Assembly: GCA_019429125.1 (NCBI GenBank)
Contig: JAHYJO010000001.1
Location: 90,065-154,064, forward strand
DNA: 64,000 nucleotides
Direction of reading: 5' to 3'
Source: Nanobdellati archaeon
GTDB taxonomy: Archaea; EX4484-52; GLR71
Shown: positions 1 through 8,579 of the stretch, one piece after another
Position numbering within the stretch: position 1 is the stretch's first letter
Layout of the letters: every line of letters starts with the position of its first letter
Program-made: the position numbers and the translations under genes
Notes under the pieces: model-generated
Database searches by the model: none
The model's input: only the letters and a program-made list of their open reading frames with translations
Told to the model about the DNA's origin: nothing

Positions 1-412
1 AGATAAGAGGTCTTTCTGTTGATGTATCAGAAATTAGAAGTTCATCTGGGATGTAATTAATTGGTGTGGTTGTCTTATTAATCAATGTTTTTTCTGAGTC
101 ATTATCAACTTGTGTGTATTCTGGTTGTGAAGATTTAAGTTGTGTATCTATTGTATATAATGCGTTTATTTGTCCTTTAATAAGATTATCTAAATTTTTC
201 AGTTTTTTTGAGTTTGTATCATTATTTGGTTCATTTAAAAGTTCTAGAGATGTTTTGATGGTTTCTCTAAGGTATGAGGGACTTAAACTTTTTGGGTTAG
301 TCATATCATATGTGTTATCAAGATAATTTGTTAGTGGTGTACCTAAATTATTTAATTCTTCAAGTACTCCATTTAAAAGTTCAATTTTTGTCGTATTATT
401 TTTTAATCCCAT
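1..412 (-). CDS. Hypothetical protein, partial (runs off the left edge)
   Basis: Open frame from ATG at 412 (MGLKNNTTKIELLNG...) to the window edge; AGGTTGA RBS-like site just upstream; absent from the ORF track because it has no stop in the window. Confidence 0.6.
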   Translation of the reverse strand, partial: MGLKNNTTKIELLNGVLEELNNLGTPLTNYLDNTYDMTNPKSLSPSYLRETIKTSLELLNEPNNDTNSKKLKNLDNLIKGQINALYTIDTQLKSSQPEYTQVDNDSEKTLINKTTTPINYIPDELLISDTSTERPLI

Positions 413-724
413 AATTTTCAACCTATGATGATTATATTCTATTTTAATTATTGATGTTTATTTTTATAAACTTTTCTATTACTTTTAGGGGATAACATCT
501 ACAATTTATTTGGGTATGGGTTTGTCTGCTATGTAAATTCCCTTTGTATTAATCCACCCCTGATACAAATTGGTATCTGCATCAATTATACTGACTAGTA
601 ATATAATTGTTTTTAATCTTTATATATTTCAAATTTCTGCCTGTCTGTACAAAATTTATGTTTAAAATGTAGTTTTTAAGTATTATTGAATATAATATAA
701 TGTAGGTATTAGTTGGAGTTAAAT

Positions 725-1723
725 ATGAAAAAGGCAATGTTCTTTAAATCAATTGAAGGTTCAAGGGTACAGTGTCAGCTTTGTCCTAATAACTGTATTA
801 TTTCTGAAGGGGGTATTGGTTCGTGTCGTGTGCGAAAAAAGGTTGATGGTATTCTTTATTCTCTTAATTATGGTAAAATTGTATCTTTGGCAGTTGATCC
901 TATCGAGAAGAAACCGCTGTATCATTTCTATCCTGGTTCTGAGTCTCTGTCTATTGCTACTGTCGGCTGTAATTTTCATTGCAAGTTCTGTCAGAATTGG
1001 GAGATTTCGCAGTCTTCTTTTATATTTGGTGAGGATATGACTCCTCAGGATGTTGTTAATCTTGCTTTGTTGAAAGGGGTGAAATCAATATCTTATACTT
1101 ATACTGAACCAACTATATTTTTTGAGTTTGCATATGATACTGCAAAGCTTGCACATAGTTGTGGCATTCAGAATGTATTTGTTACAAACGGGTTCATTAA
1201 TTCTCTTCCTTTTAAGAAGATTGTACCGTATCTTGATGCTGTAAATATTGATTTGAAATCGTTTAATGATATATTTTATCAGAAACTTTGTAGTGTTAGG
1301 GGGGTCAGTCCAGTATTAGATACTATACAGTTGGCTTATGGGTTAGGGATTCATATTGAACTTACAAATCTTCTCATTCCTGGATGGAATACTTCATCTG
1401 TTCAGATAAAAGCGTTGTGTGAGTGGGTTTATGCGTTGGATAAGCGCATACCTCTTCATTTCTCAAGGTATTTTCCTGCATATAAGATGACTGTTGAATC
1501 TACACCTGTTGCGGTTCTTGAGAGCGCATATGGTATTGCAAAAAAGGTAGGGCTTGAATATGTGTATGTTGGTAATGTTGTTAATGGTGTGCAAGAGACA
1601 TATTGTCCTTCTTGCGGTGAGCTTTTGGTGGATAGAGGGAGAAGGGTTGAACCATTGCAAAAACTAATTAAGGGTGCATGTCCTAAATGTAAATATAAAG
1701 TTTATGGAGTGGGGTTATTATGA
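725..1723 (+). CDS. amrS: AmmeMemoRadiSam system radical SAM enzyme
   Basis: N-terminal CQLCPNNC...GSCRVR, DPIEKKPLYHF, CxxxCxxC (GCNFHCKFCQN), YTYTEP, C-terminal CPSC/CPKC; ATG 725 follows GGAG (track start 713). Confidence 0.9.
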   Translation: MKKAMFFKSIEGSRVQCQLCPNNCIISEGGIGSCRVRKKVDGILYSLNYGKIVSLAVDPIEKKPLYHFYPGSESLSIATVGCNFHCKFCQNWEISQSSFIFGEDMTPQDVVNLALLKGVKSISYTYTEPTIFFEFAYDTAKLAHSCGIQNVFVTNGFINSLPFKKIVPYLDAVNIDLKSFNDIFYQKLCSVRGVSPVLDTIQLAYGLGIHIELTNLLIPGWNTSSVQIKALCEWVYALDKRIPLHFSRYFPAYKMTVESTPVAVLESAYGIAKKVGLEYVYVGNVVNGVQETYCPSCGELLVDRGRRVEPLQKLIKGACPKCKYKVYGVGLL

Positions 1724-2664
1724 AAATGATTAAAAATGTAAATATCTTATTTTGGAGTGTATTTATTTCTATGTTTATTTTTTATCCGTCATTTTCATTT
1801 GCTCATGAATCTGATGTTTTTGAGTCATATTCTATTTTTGTGGATGTAGGTCCTAATTTAATAAAATATAGTTATGACTTTGTATTGGTTTTGGAGGGGG
1901 GTAAACATGTCTATGATTTTGTTTTTGCGCCAGATTCAAAAGATGTGCGTGTGTTGTTAAATAATGTGCCTGTTGATTGTAGTAGTTCTTTTGAGGTAGG
2001 TAAGACTATTGTCTTATGTGATATGTCTAATGCGCTTTCTGGAAAAAATTATGTGTCTGCAGAATATATAAGTTCTTATTCATTGTTTGATTTTGAAAAT
2101 ATGAAGATGTTTAAGGATTCTTTTGATATTGGTGGTAATGCTATTTATTTTAAGTTATCAGTAAAACTTCCGTTAGGGTATATCCTTCCTGCTCGGTCGG
2201 ATTATTTTGTGACTCCAACACCTGACATTATTTATTCTGATGGACGGCGACATATAATTTCATGGGATTATAATAATGTCTCATCATTTGATGTTTCAGT
2301 TATTTTTGAACCATCATCTGGTATTGATAGTGGTGTGTCTTATGTATCTTTATTGTTTTATTTATTGTTTGGATTTTTAGTTGTGCGTTATTTCATATAT
2401 TATCGTGTCAATCGAAAAAAAACTGAAATTAAGGAAATTGTATATTCGCATCTTCTTGAAAGTGAGAGTGCAGTTGTGGATGCGCTTCAAGCTAATATGG
2501 GTGTTCTTAAACAGAAAGAGTTGCAGGATATAACTAGCTTTTCAAAGGCAAAATTGAGTAGGGTTATTACTAATCTTGAATCTCGTGGTATTGTTAAAAA
2601 GAAACCTTTCGGTAACAGTAACAAGATATTTTTGATTGTTGCTGATAAAGTCAAAAAGCAATAA
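1720..2664 (+). CDS. Membrane-anchored wHTH transcriptional regulator (COG2512-like): signal peptide, extracellular domain, TM helix, C-terminal HTH
   Basis: C-terminal LKQKELQDITSFSKAKLSRVITNLESRGIVKKKPFGNSNKI after a TM helix. Confidence 0.8.
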   Translation: MKMIKNVNILFWSVFISMFIFYPSFSFAHESDVFESYSIFVDVGPNLIKYSYDFVLVLEGGKHVYDFVFAPDSKDVRVLLNNVPVDCSSSFEVGKTIVLCDMSNALSGKNYVSAEYISSYSLFDFENMKMFKDSFDIGGNAIYFKLSVKLPLGYILPARSDYFVTPTPDIIYSDGRRHIISWDYNNVSSFDVSVIFEPSSGIDSGVSYVSLLFYLLFGFLVVRYFIYYRVNRKKTEIKEIVYSHLLESESAVVDALQANMGVLKQKELQDITSFSKAKLSRVITNLESRGIVKKKPFGNSNKIFLIVADKVKKQ

Positions 2665-2682
2665 AGTATGCAATAGGGGTTA

Positions 2683-2725
2683 TTGTTTCATCTTGTTCCA
2701 CATTGTTTCAAGGAATGTTTATATA
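2683..2725 (+). promoter_or_regulatory. Three TTGTT(T/C)CA boxes at 10-bp spacing upstream of a TATA box
   Basis: ttgtttca (2683), ttgttcca (2693), ttgtttca (2703), then tttatata at 2718. Confidence 0.6.
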
Positions 2726-2800
2726 GGAGTATTATTGATTAGTTCTATGGATTGCTATTAGGTTGGCAATATTTTGTATATTTAAAAATGGTGAAATGAT

Positions 2801-4114
2801 ATGAAACGACAAAATTTAATGAAATTGTTTGCGCTTCTTGTCGCAGCTATGTATATGGTAGTTCCTGCAGCTTTTGCAGAGGATGCAGTAACTATGTTAA
2901 CTAATACTGCTATAAATACTGCTGTTGGTGATGATGTCGCTGATCTTAATGACATTGCTGTACAAAGTGACGAAGAGGATTCAGCAGAGGCTGGTGTAAC
3001 TCCTGATTCTCCGTTATACAGGTTGGATGTTGCGATGGATAATATTGGTCTTATGTTTACATTCAATAAGGCAAAGAAAGCTGAGAAGAAGCTTGAGATT
3101 GCTAAGGAAAGGCTTAAGGAAGCAAAGATGATGGCTATTGCTAATAATTTGGATGCTATGGAAAAAGCAAAAAATCGTCATGATGCGATGCTTCTTTCGG
3201 CTGAAGAAGATATTGAAGCAATTAATGGTAATGAGACTAAAGCATTGATGAGCAATATTAGAATTAAGTCTATGTTAAAATTACATAATCAGGAAGTTGC
3301 TGATGTTGAACAGGAACTTACATTGAGAGTTCGTGGAAATCTTAAGGATAAACAGCAAGAAAAACTTGATTCATTTATTGAAAGTATGAAAGGCAGTTCT
3401 AAGTCTATTGAAGTAAAAGTTCAGAATAAGGAAGAAAAGATGAAAGCAGTGGTTAAGAGGACACGTAATCTGTCTGATGATGATGTTGATGCTGAATTTG
3501 AGAAGATTAATCGTGAAACCTTACGGGAACATATGAGTGTTAAGGCTCTTGATGTTATAGGTCAGGCTGAAGATGCAATTGGTCGTGCAGAAGATTTGAT
3601 TGAAAAAAAATCTGAAGCAGGTAAGGATGTGACTTATTCAATTGAGCAACTTGACGAAGCTAAAATTATTCTTTTAAAAGCAAAAGAATCTCTTGATAAT
3701 GATGATGTTGAGGATTCTATTGAACAGGCTTTTAAGGCTAAAAGGATGGCTGTATATGCTGCAAGCGGGTTTTCTGTTGAGAAACTTATGAATACGCCTA
3801 TGAAAGATAATGTGGAATTTAATGAAATGAAAGAACAGATTCGTGAAAATATGGAAGAACGAGTACAAGTTCGTGAAAATATTCGTGAGCCGAAAGAAGA
3901 AATGATGCGGAATCGTGAAAATATTCGTGAGCCAATGAAAGATAATAAGGGTGACAAAGATGTTGATTCTGATGATGACTTTGATGATGACTCTGATGAT
4001 GAGAATAGTAATAATTCATCTAATATATCTTTGAATGCATCTGTGTCAGGTACAGATAATAGTATGTCTGGTTCTGTGTCTGGTAATATCGGCAGTAAAA
4101 ATTCCGGCCAATAA
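2801..4114 (+). CDS. Secreted DUF5667-domain coiled-coil protein with acidic/Ser-rich tail
   Basis: Signal peptide; AGVTPDSPLYRLDVAMDNIGLMFTFNKAKKAEKKLEIAKERLKEA; GGTGA RBS. Confidence 0.75.
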   Translation: MKRQNLMKLFALLVAAMYMVVPAAFAEDAVTMLTNTAINTAVGDDVADLNDIAVQSDEEDSAEAGVTPDSPLYRLDVAMDNIGLMFTFNKAKKAEKKLEIAKERLKEAKMMAIANNLDAMEKAKNRHDAMLLSAEEDIEAINGNETKALMSNIRIKSMLKLHNQEVADVEQELTLRVRGNLKDKQQEKLDSFIESMKGSSKSIEVKVQNKEEKMKAVVKRTRNLSDDDVDAEFEKINRETLREHMSVKALDVIGQAEDAIGRAEDLIEKKSEAGKDVTYSIEQLDEAKIILLKAKESLDNDDVEDSIEQAFKAKRMAVYAASGFSVEKLMNTPMKDNVEFNEMKEQIRENMEERVQVRENIREPKEEMMRNRENIREPMKDNKGDKDVDSDDDFDDDSDDENSNNSSNISLNASVSGTDNSMSGSVSGNIGSKNSGQ

Positions 4115-4127
4115 TAAATTTTAATTT

Positions 4128-4164
4128 AAAGGGGTTTTTATAACTCTCCTTTTTTTCTTTTTTC
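4128..4164 (+). terminator. Hairpin plus T-tract terminator
   Basis: aaaggggtt-tttat-aactctcc followed by a long T-tract. Confidence 0.5.
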
Positions 4165-4332
4165 GGCACTGTTCAAAAAGTGAGTTATTTTTAATATTTT
4201 TAAAATATTGTTTGTTTATAAACTCCGGCAGAAATCCATTTAATATACACATTTTACGTAGAATTACAAAATAAATGAAGGTATTTAATTAACTACATTT
4301 TGTTTGAAATCACTCAAAAAATGAACTGTGCC
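4165..4332. mobile_element. MITE copy 1 (IS1595/ISPna2-like ends), 168 bp
   Basis: Terminal inverted repeats GGCACTGTTCA...TGAACTGTGCC; 8-bp target duplication CTTTTTTC at 4157-4164 and 4333-4340. Confidence 0.9.
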
Positions 4333-4483
4333 CTTTTTTCAAAAGATATATAAACTTGTATTGCTATTATTATGTGTGGAACGGTTTTATTTAAACGTTT
4401 CATCGGTTATTTTATTGTTCAATAAGGTCATTTTGACTTTTTTTTCGATTTATGTTTTTAATTGATAATTATAGGTGATTTAA

Positions 4484-4924
4484 ATTAGTGAATTAAATGT
4501 AGACAAGCTTGTAAGTGAAGGTTGGATTAATGCGTGGCTTGTGTTTGATACTCAGGCTGTTGATAAAACTGTTCTAAAAGGACTTTTATCTGGTCTTTTG
4601 AATAAGATGAAACTTATTAAAGATGTAAAATTTATTAGTGATTCTCTAACTGAGCCTGAACCAATTGAACCTTCCGAACAGTTTACTAAAAAAGGTATAA
4701 CTAAAGTCTTCAGTCAGGTGCTTGAGGTTGAGATTCTTGCAAAAGATTTTGAGACTTTATTGTATTTTGTCATAACATTCGGACCTACAACACTTGATGT
4801 TCTTGCTCCGAAATCTATAAAGTTTGATATGCGCCAGATGCAGAATACGCTTATACTTGTTTCTGAACTGATGCATAGTTATGCGGCGGCCGGTGCTGGT
4901 GGCATGGTACTTACAAAAGTATGA
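4484..4924 (+). CDS. Archaeal hypothetical protein, possibly with an ATT start
   Basis: Frame is open from ATT 4484, 5 nt after AGGTGA; the track start is GTG 4541. Confidence 0.65.
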   Translation: MSELNVDKLVSEGWINAWLVFDTQAVDKTVLKGLLSGLLNKMKLIKDVKFISDSLTEPEPIEPSEQFTKKGITKVFSQVLEVEILAKDFETLLYFVITFGPTTLDVLAPKSIKFDMRQMQNTLILVSELMHSYAAAGAGGMVLTKV

Positions 4925-4933
4925 TTGGTTTAG

Positions 4934-5857
4934 ATGTTTAAAAATAAATATTATGGGATATGTGTATCTTTTCTTTTACTCTTATTAATATCTGTTCCTG
5001 TGTCTGCTTCGCAGATAAGAAATCATGATATTGTTATTGCAATTGATGATTTTGGGGTTGCTAAGACCTCTGTTATTGTGGATTATGAATCTTTGACTAC
5101 TGACGAGATTTATTATTTTGTGTTTGCACAGATTGATTCTTTTGGTGCACGGGATGATTATGGGATGCTGTTGTGTAATACTAATAGGTATTCATATGGG
5201 ACTCAGATAACGTGTAAGCCAAACATTGTTGAAACTGTAAATTATACTGTATATCTTGATTTTAATATGGTCGGGTTGCAGTCTGTTTCTGCTGATGGTT
5301 TCTTTTTCTCTTATGATTATGGTATGAAAATTCCAACAAATAATTTTAGCATATCATTTGTGCTTCCTACTGGTACTGCTATGGTCAAGCAGAATTCAGG
5401 TATTGCTCCATATTTTCCTGAAGGCGCAGTTATTGGTAGCACTGATGATGGCAGGCATATTACTGTTACTTGGAGTGTGGATGAACCTGAATTAGGTAGT
5501 GATTATTCTTATAAGGTTTTTTATGAGAAAGTTGTGGAGATTTATGCAAATCGTTGGTTTTATCCTGTTGTTGCATTTTTGAGTATTTTGCTTGTATTAT
5601 TGTCGTTTATGTTGTTTAAGTTTAAGAAAGCAAGAAAGATAAAGACTGTTCTTTCTGTTTTGCATGATAGTGAGCGTAAGGTCATTGAGATTCTTATGGC
5701 AAATGAAGGTAAGTGCGACCAAAGGCAACTTGTTAAAGAAACTGGGTTTTCAAAGGCAAAGATGAGTAGGATGATGCTTGACCTTGAGGAGCGGGGTCTG
5801 ATTACTAAGACTCGCCGTGGCAGGACTAATATTATTGAGCTTGTTGAGAAAAAGTAA
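4934..5857 (+). CDS. Second membrane-anchored wHTH regulator (COG2512-like)
   Basis: Signal peptide, DGRHITVTW, TM helix, QRQLVKETGFSKAKMSRMMLDLEERGLITKTRRGRTNII. Confidence 0.8.
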   Translation: MFKNKYYGICVSFLLLLLISVPVSASQIRNHDIVIAIDDFGVAKTSVIVDYESLTTDEIYYFVFAQIDSFGARDDYGMLLCNTNRYSYGTQITCKPNIVETVNYTVYLDFNMVGLQSVSADGFFFSYDYGMKIPTNNFSISFVLPTGTAMVKQNSGIAPYFPEGAVIGSTDDGRHITVTWSVDEPELGSDYSYKVFYEKVVEIYANRWFYPVVAFLSILLVLLSFMLFKFKKARKIKTVLSVLHDSERKVIEILMANEGKCDQRQLVKETGFSKAKMSRMMLDLEERGLITKTRRGRTNIIELVEKK

Positions 5858-5875
5858 AGATTGAGTTTTTAAGTT

Positions 5876-6190
5876 TAGAGTTTTTGGTGGTATTTTTATT
5901 TATAATGTCACCTTTTGTCACCTTGATTATATAATAGCGTCCTCTTCCTGTTATGGGATCCAGTTGAGTAATTAGATTCATTTTAGTTTTTGGACAAATG
6001 CATGTTCTGTCTTTTGTGGATTGTTTAGGCCTATTGGGTTCTTATTGTCATCAACACCTATGATTATCTTTCCCCCTCTGGAATTATAGAATGAGGTTAC
6101 TAATTGTGCTACTTTTTTTGGGTTTGATAATATCTCTTTGAACTCTATGTCACTGTTTTCTTCTTGATTTAATAGTTGTTTAAAGTCCAT
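5876..6190 (-). pseudogene. Internally deleted AlbA_2 (Schlafen-like) domain regulator/ATP-binding protein
   Basis: N-terminal EENSDIEFKE...FYNSRGGKIIIGVDD stops at 70 aa; an out-of-frame tail (MNLITQLDPITGRGRYYII) resembles the terminal wHTH wing. Confidence 0.7.
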
Positions 6191-6197
6191 GTGTCTA

Positions 6198-6255
6198 TAT
6201 TGTTTCTTGTGCTTGCATATAATTGGGTTACAACTGGGGTGGTGATTTTAGGGAG
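6198..6255. repeat. Degenerate copy A of the 58-bp cassette-flanking repeat
   Basis: tgcttgcatataattgggttacaactggggtggtgattttagggag aligns to 11652-11710 with one gap. Confidence 0.65.
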
Positions 6256-6288
6256 TTAGAAAAATATTAGAAAAAGAAAAAAGAGGTT

Positions 6289-6702
6289 TTATTTCTTTTT
6301 TACTGCCTTAGTGACTTTAGGAAGTGCTATGACGGGGGGTATTCCTGCCATTTCTGAAAGCATTAGTGCCTTTAGTCCTGCAGTCTTGAAAAGATGGTTT
6401 ATGATTTCTATGTGTTCTGTCTCTGGCAGTTTTTTGTTCTTTGTCCATTCGTCCATTATTTTTTTGTTGTCTTCGCCTGTGTATATGATTGTACCTTCTA
6501 TGTCAAGTTTTGCAACTTCTGGTTCAAATGTACTTTTGAAACTGAACTTTATGTTTAATATGTCGCTTTTTGTGCCAAATGCGTTGATGTTTCCTTCTTT
6601 TACATCTTCAATCTTTGGTACTGTGTTGATTGAAAGCTTCTGGTTTGTGTTTCCAGTTTTGTTAACATTTAATTTATTGTAGTTTATGCTGATTACACCC
6701 AT
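6289..6702 (-). CDS. Conserved archaeal hypothetical protein
   Basis: 137 aa with AGGTGA RBS; beta-rich N-terminus and C-terminal GIPPVIALP. Confidence 0.75.
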   Translation of the reverse strand: MGVISINYNKLNVNKTGNTNQKLSINTVPKIEDVKEGNINAFGTKSDILNIKFSFKSTFEPEVAKLDIEGTIIYTGEDNKKIMDEWTKNKKLPETEHIEIINHLFKTAGLKALMLSEMAGIPPVIALPKVTKAVKKK

Positions 6703-6937
6703 GTTATATCACCTATATTTATTTTTGGGATTAAGATTTATAAGGGTTTTGATTATTATTTTGTCTTTTTTGGGTTTGTTGGTATTAGGATAGCAGGTTG
6801 TTTATAAATAGACTAGGATTGGAATCCCGAAAGCTTTATAATGTGTGTTTGAAAGTTGTAATCTCTATCGGTAGCTTTTGGCTAAAACCTAACGATGTAT
6901 CAGAAGGTTTATATGGTTTTTGAGTGTATTATTTAGT

Positions 6938-8245
6938 ATGAACTCAATTGAGATACTTGAAATATTGAATGATTGGAACTTTTGGAAAAAGAAGCAATTT
7001 GTGGGTGTTCGGCGGTCAGACGTTTTTGATAAAATAAAAAAACTTATAGAACTTGATGAGATTATCGTGATTAGTGGTGCTCGTCGTACTGGTAAATCAA
7101 CTGTACTTATGCAGATTTGTGAGGATTTGATAGTTAATGGTGTTGATTCTTGTGATATTCTTATAATTAATTTTGAGGATCCTCGTTTTAAAAGTATTAA
7201 TCTTGAATTACTTAATAAAATATATGATGTTTATTTAACTGATGTATCTGTTGGTTCTGGAAAACAGTATGTTGTTCTTGATGAGGTTCAAATTGTTTCG
7301 GGGTGGGAAAAATTTGCTCGTTTTTTGCATGAGAATAAAAAAGTGAAGGTATTTGTTATAGGTTCAAGTTCAAAGCTTTTGAGTTCTGAATATTCAACAG
7401 TTCTTTCTGGGCGTTATGTTGATATTGTTATGTATCCTTTATTTTTTAAGGAGTTTGTTGAATTTAATGGTGTGGATATAAAAAATAATTTGGATCTTGT
7501 GTCTAAACGCCATGCTGTCAAAAAATTATTTTTACAATATATGGAATCTGGGGGTTTTCCGAAAACTGTACTTATTGATGATGCTGATAATCGAAAAGTC
7601 TTGCTTAATTCTTATTTTCAGAGTATATTGATGAAAGATATTGTTATGAGGTATAATATTAACGATGTTTTTAAACTTGAAGAATTGACTAAGTATTATT
7701 TGTCAAATATATCCTCTTTGCATTCTTTTAATAAAATTAAAAATATTATTGGTGGGAGTATTGACACTGTTGAACGGTATTCATCATATCTTCGTAATGC
7801 TTATATGTTATTTTTTGTTCGTAAATTTTCATATACTCTTAAAGATCAAATATTGAATCCTCGAAAGGTATATTGTATTGATATGGGTCTTAGAAATTCA
7901 GTATCTTTTTATTTTTCAAAGGATTATGGGAAGATTATAGAAAATATAGTGTATCTTAAGTTACTTGAAAATAAAGGTTTTGATATTTATTATTGGAAAG
8001 ATTCTAAGCAGCGCGAAGTTGATTTTTTAGTTAAAGAGAAAGATAGGATTTGTCAAGCCATACAGGTGTGTTGGGATGTTAGTAATCCTGTCACTAAAAA
8101 AATAGAGGTTGATGCACTTTTGTCGGCTCTTTCAACATTTGGTCTTAAAGAAGGTCTTGTTCTTACTGAAGATTATGATGAAGTAGTTGTGATTGATGAG
8201 AAAAGAATAACATTTATGTCTGTTTGGAAATGGTTGTTTTTGTGA
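6938..8245 (+). CDS. AAA_14 ATPase with DUF4143 domain (COG1373)
   Basis: Walker A GARRTGKS, Walker B LDEVQ, GSSS, LSGR, GGFP, KVYCIDMGL, EVDFL, IQVC. Confidence 0.9.
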   Translation: MNSIEILEILNDWNFWKKKQFVGVRRSDVFDKIKKLIELDEIIVISGARRTGKSTVLMQICEDLIVNGVDSCDILIINFEDPRFKSINLELLNKIYDVYLTDVSVGSGKQYVVLDEVQIVSGWEKFARFLHENKKVKVFVIGSSSKLLSSEYSTVLSGRYVDIVMYPLFFKEFVEFNGVDIKNNLDLVSKRHAVKKLFLQYMESGGFPKTVLIDDADNRKVLLNSYFQSILMKDIVMRYNINDVFKLEELTKYYLSNISSLHSFNKIKNIIGGSIDTVERYSSYLRNAYMLFFVRKFSYTLKDQILNPRKVYCIDMGLRNSVSFYFSKDYGKIIENIVYLKLLENKGFDIYYWKDSKQREVDFLVKEKDRICQAIQVCWDVSNPVTKKIEVDALLSALSTFGLKEGLVLTEDYDEVVVIDEKRITFMSVWKWLFL

Positions 8246-8460
8246 GGAGTTATAATTTATATTGGTAACTGTAGGTATTTATGTTTTTAGTTGTTAATTT
8301 TTGATAAAAAAGAGCAGTGTTTTTTTAAAGCGTTGTTTTCTATCTTTATTTTAAAAAAAAGGCTAATATAGTTTTTTTGAACAATTATGTGTCCATTTGA
8401 ATCTTTGTTTTATTTTTTAAGGGTGTATTATAGGTGTTATTTAGGTAAGTGGAACTGTTT

Positions 8461-8480
8461 TCAGACAACCTTATATATAC
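8461..8480 (+). promoter_or_regulatory. TATA-box promoter of the S-layer gene
   Basis: acaaccttatatatac about 100 bp upstream of the ATG; GGTGA RBS. Confidence 0.55.
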
Positions 8481-8579
8481 TGGCAGATAATATGTAGTTA
8501 ATCGGTTCTGTGAGATGTATCAATATTCTCTATAGGACGTAGGTTTTTTATTGAACAAATAAAAACTTGGTGAATAAAT

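Noticed and set aside
66-326. 86-aa plus-strand ORF
   Set aside because: Antisense to the longer partial minus-strand ORF, which has an RBS.
520-660. Possible further half-sites of the 58-bp repeat (for example tgtctgtacaaaattta at 642-658)
   Set aside because: Only a short partial match in AT-rich DNA; cannot be supported without a profile search.
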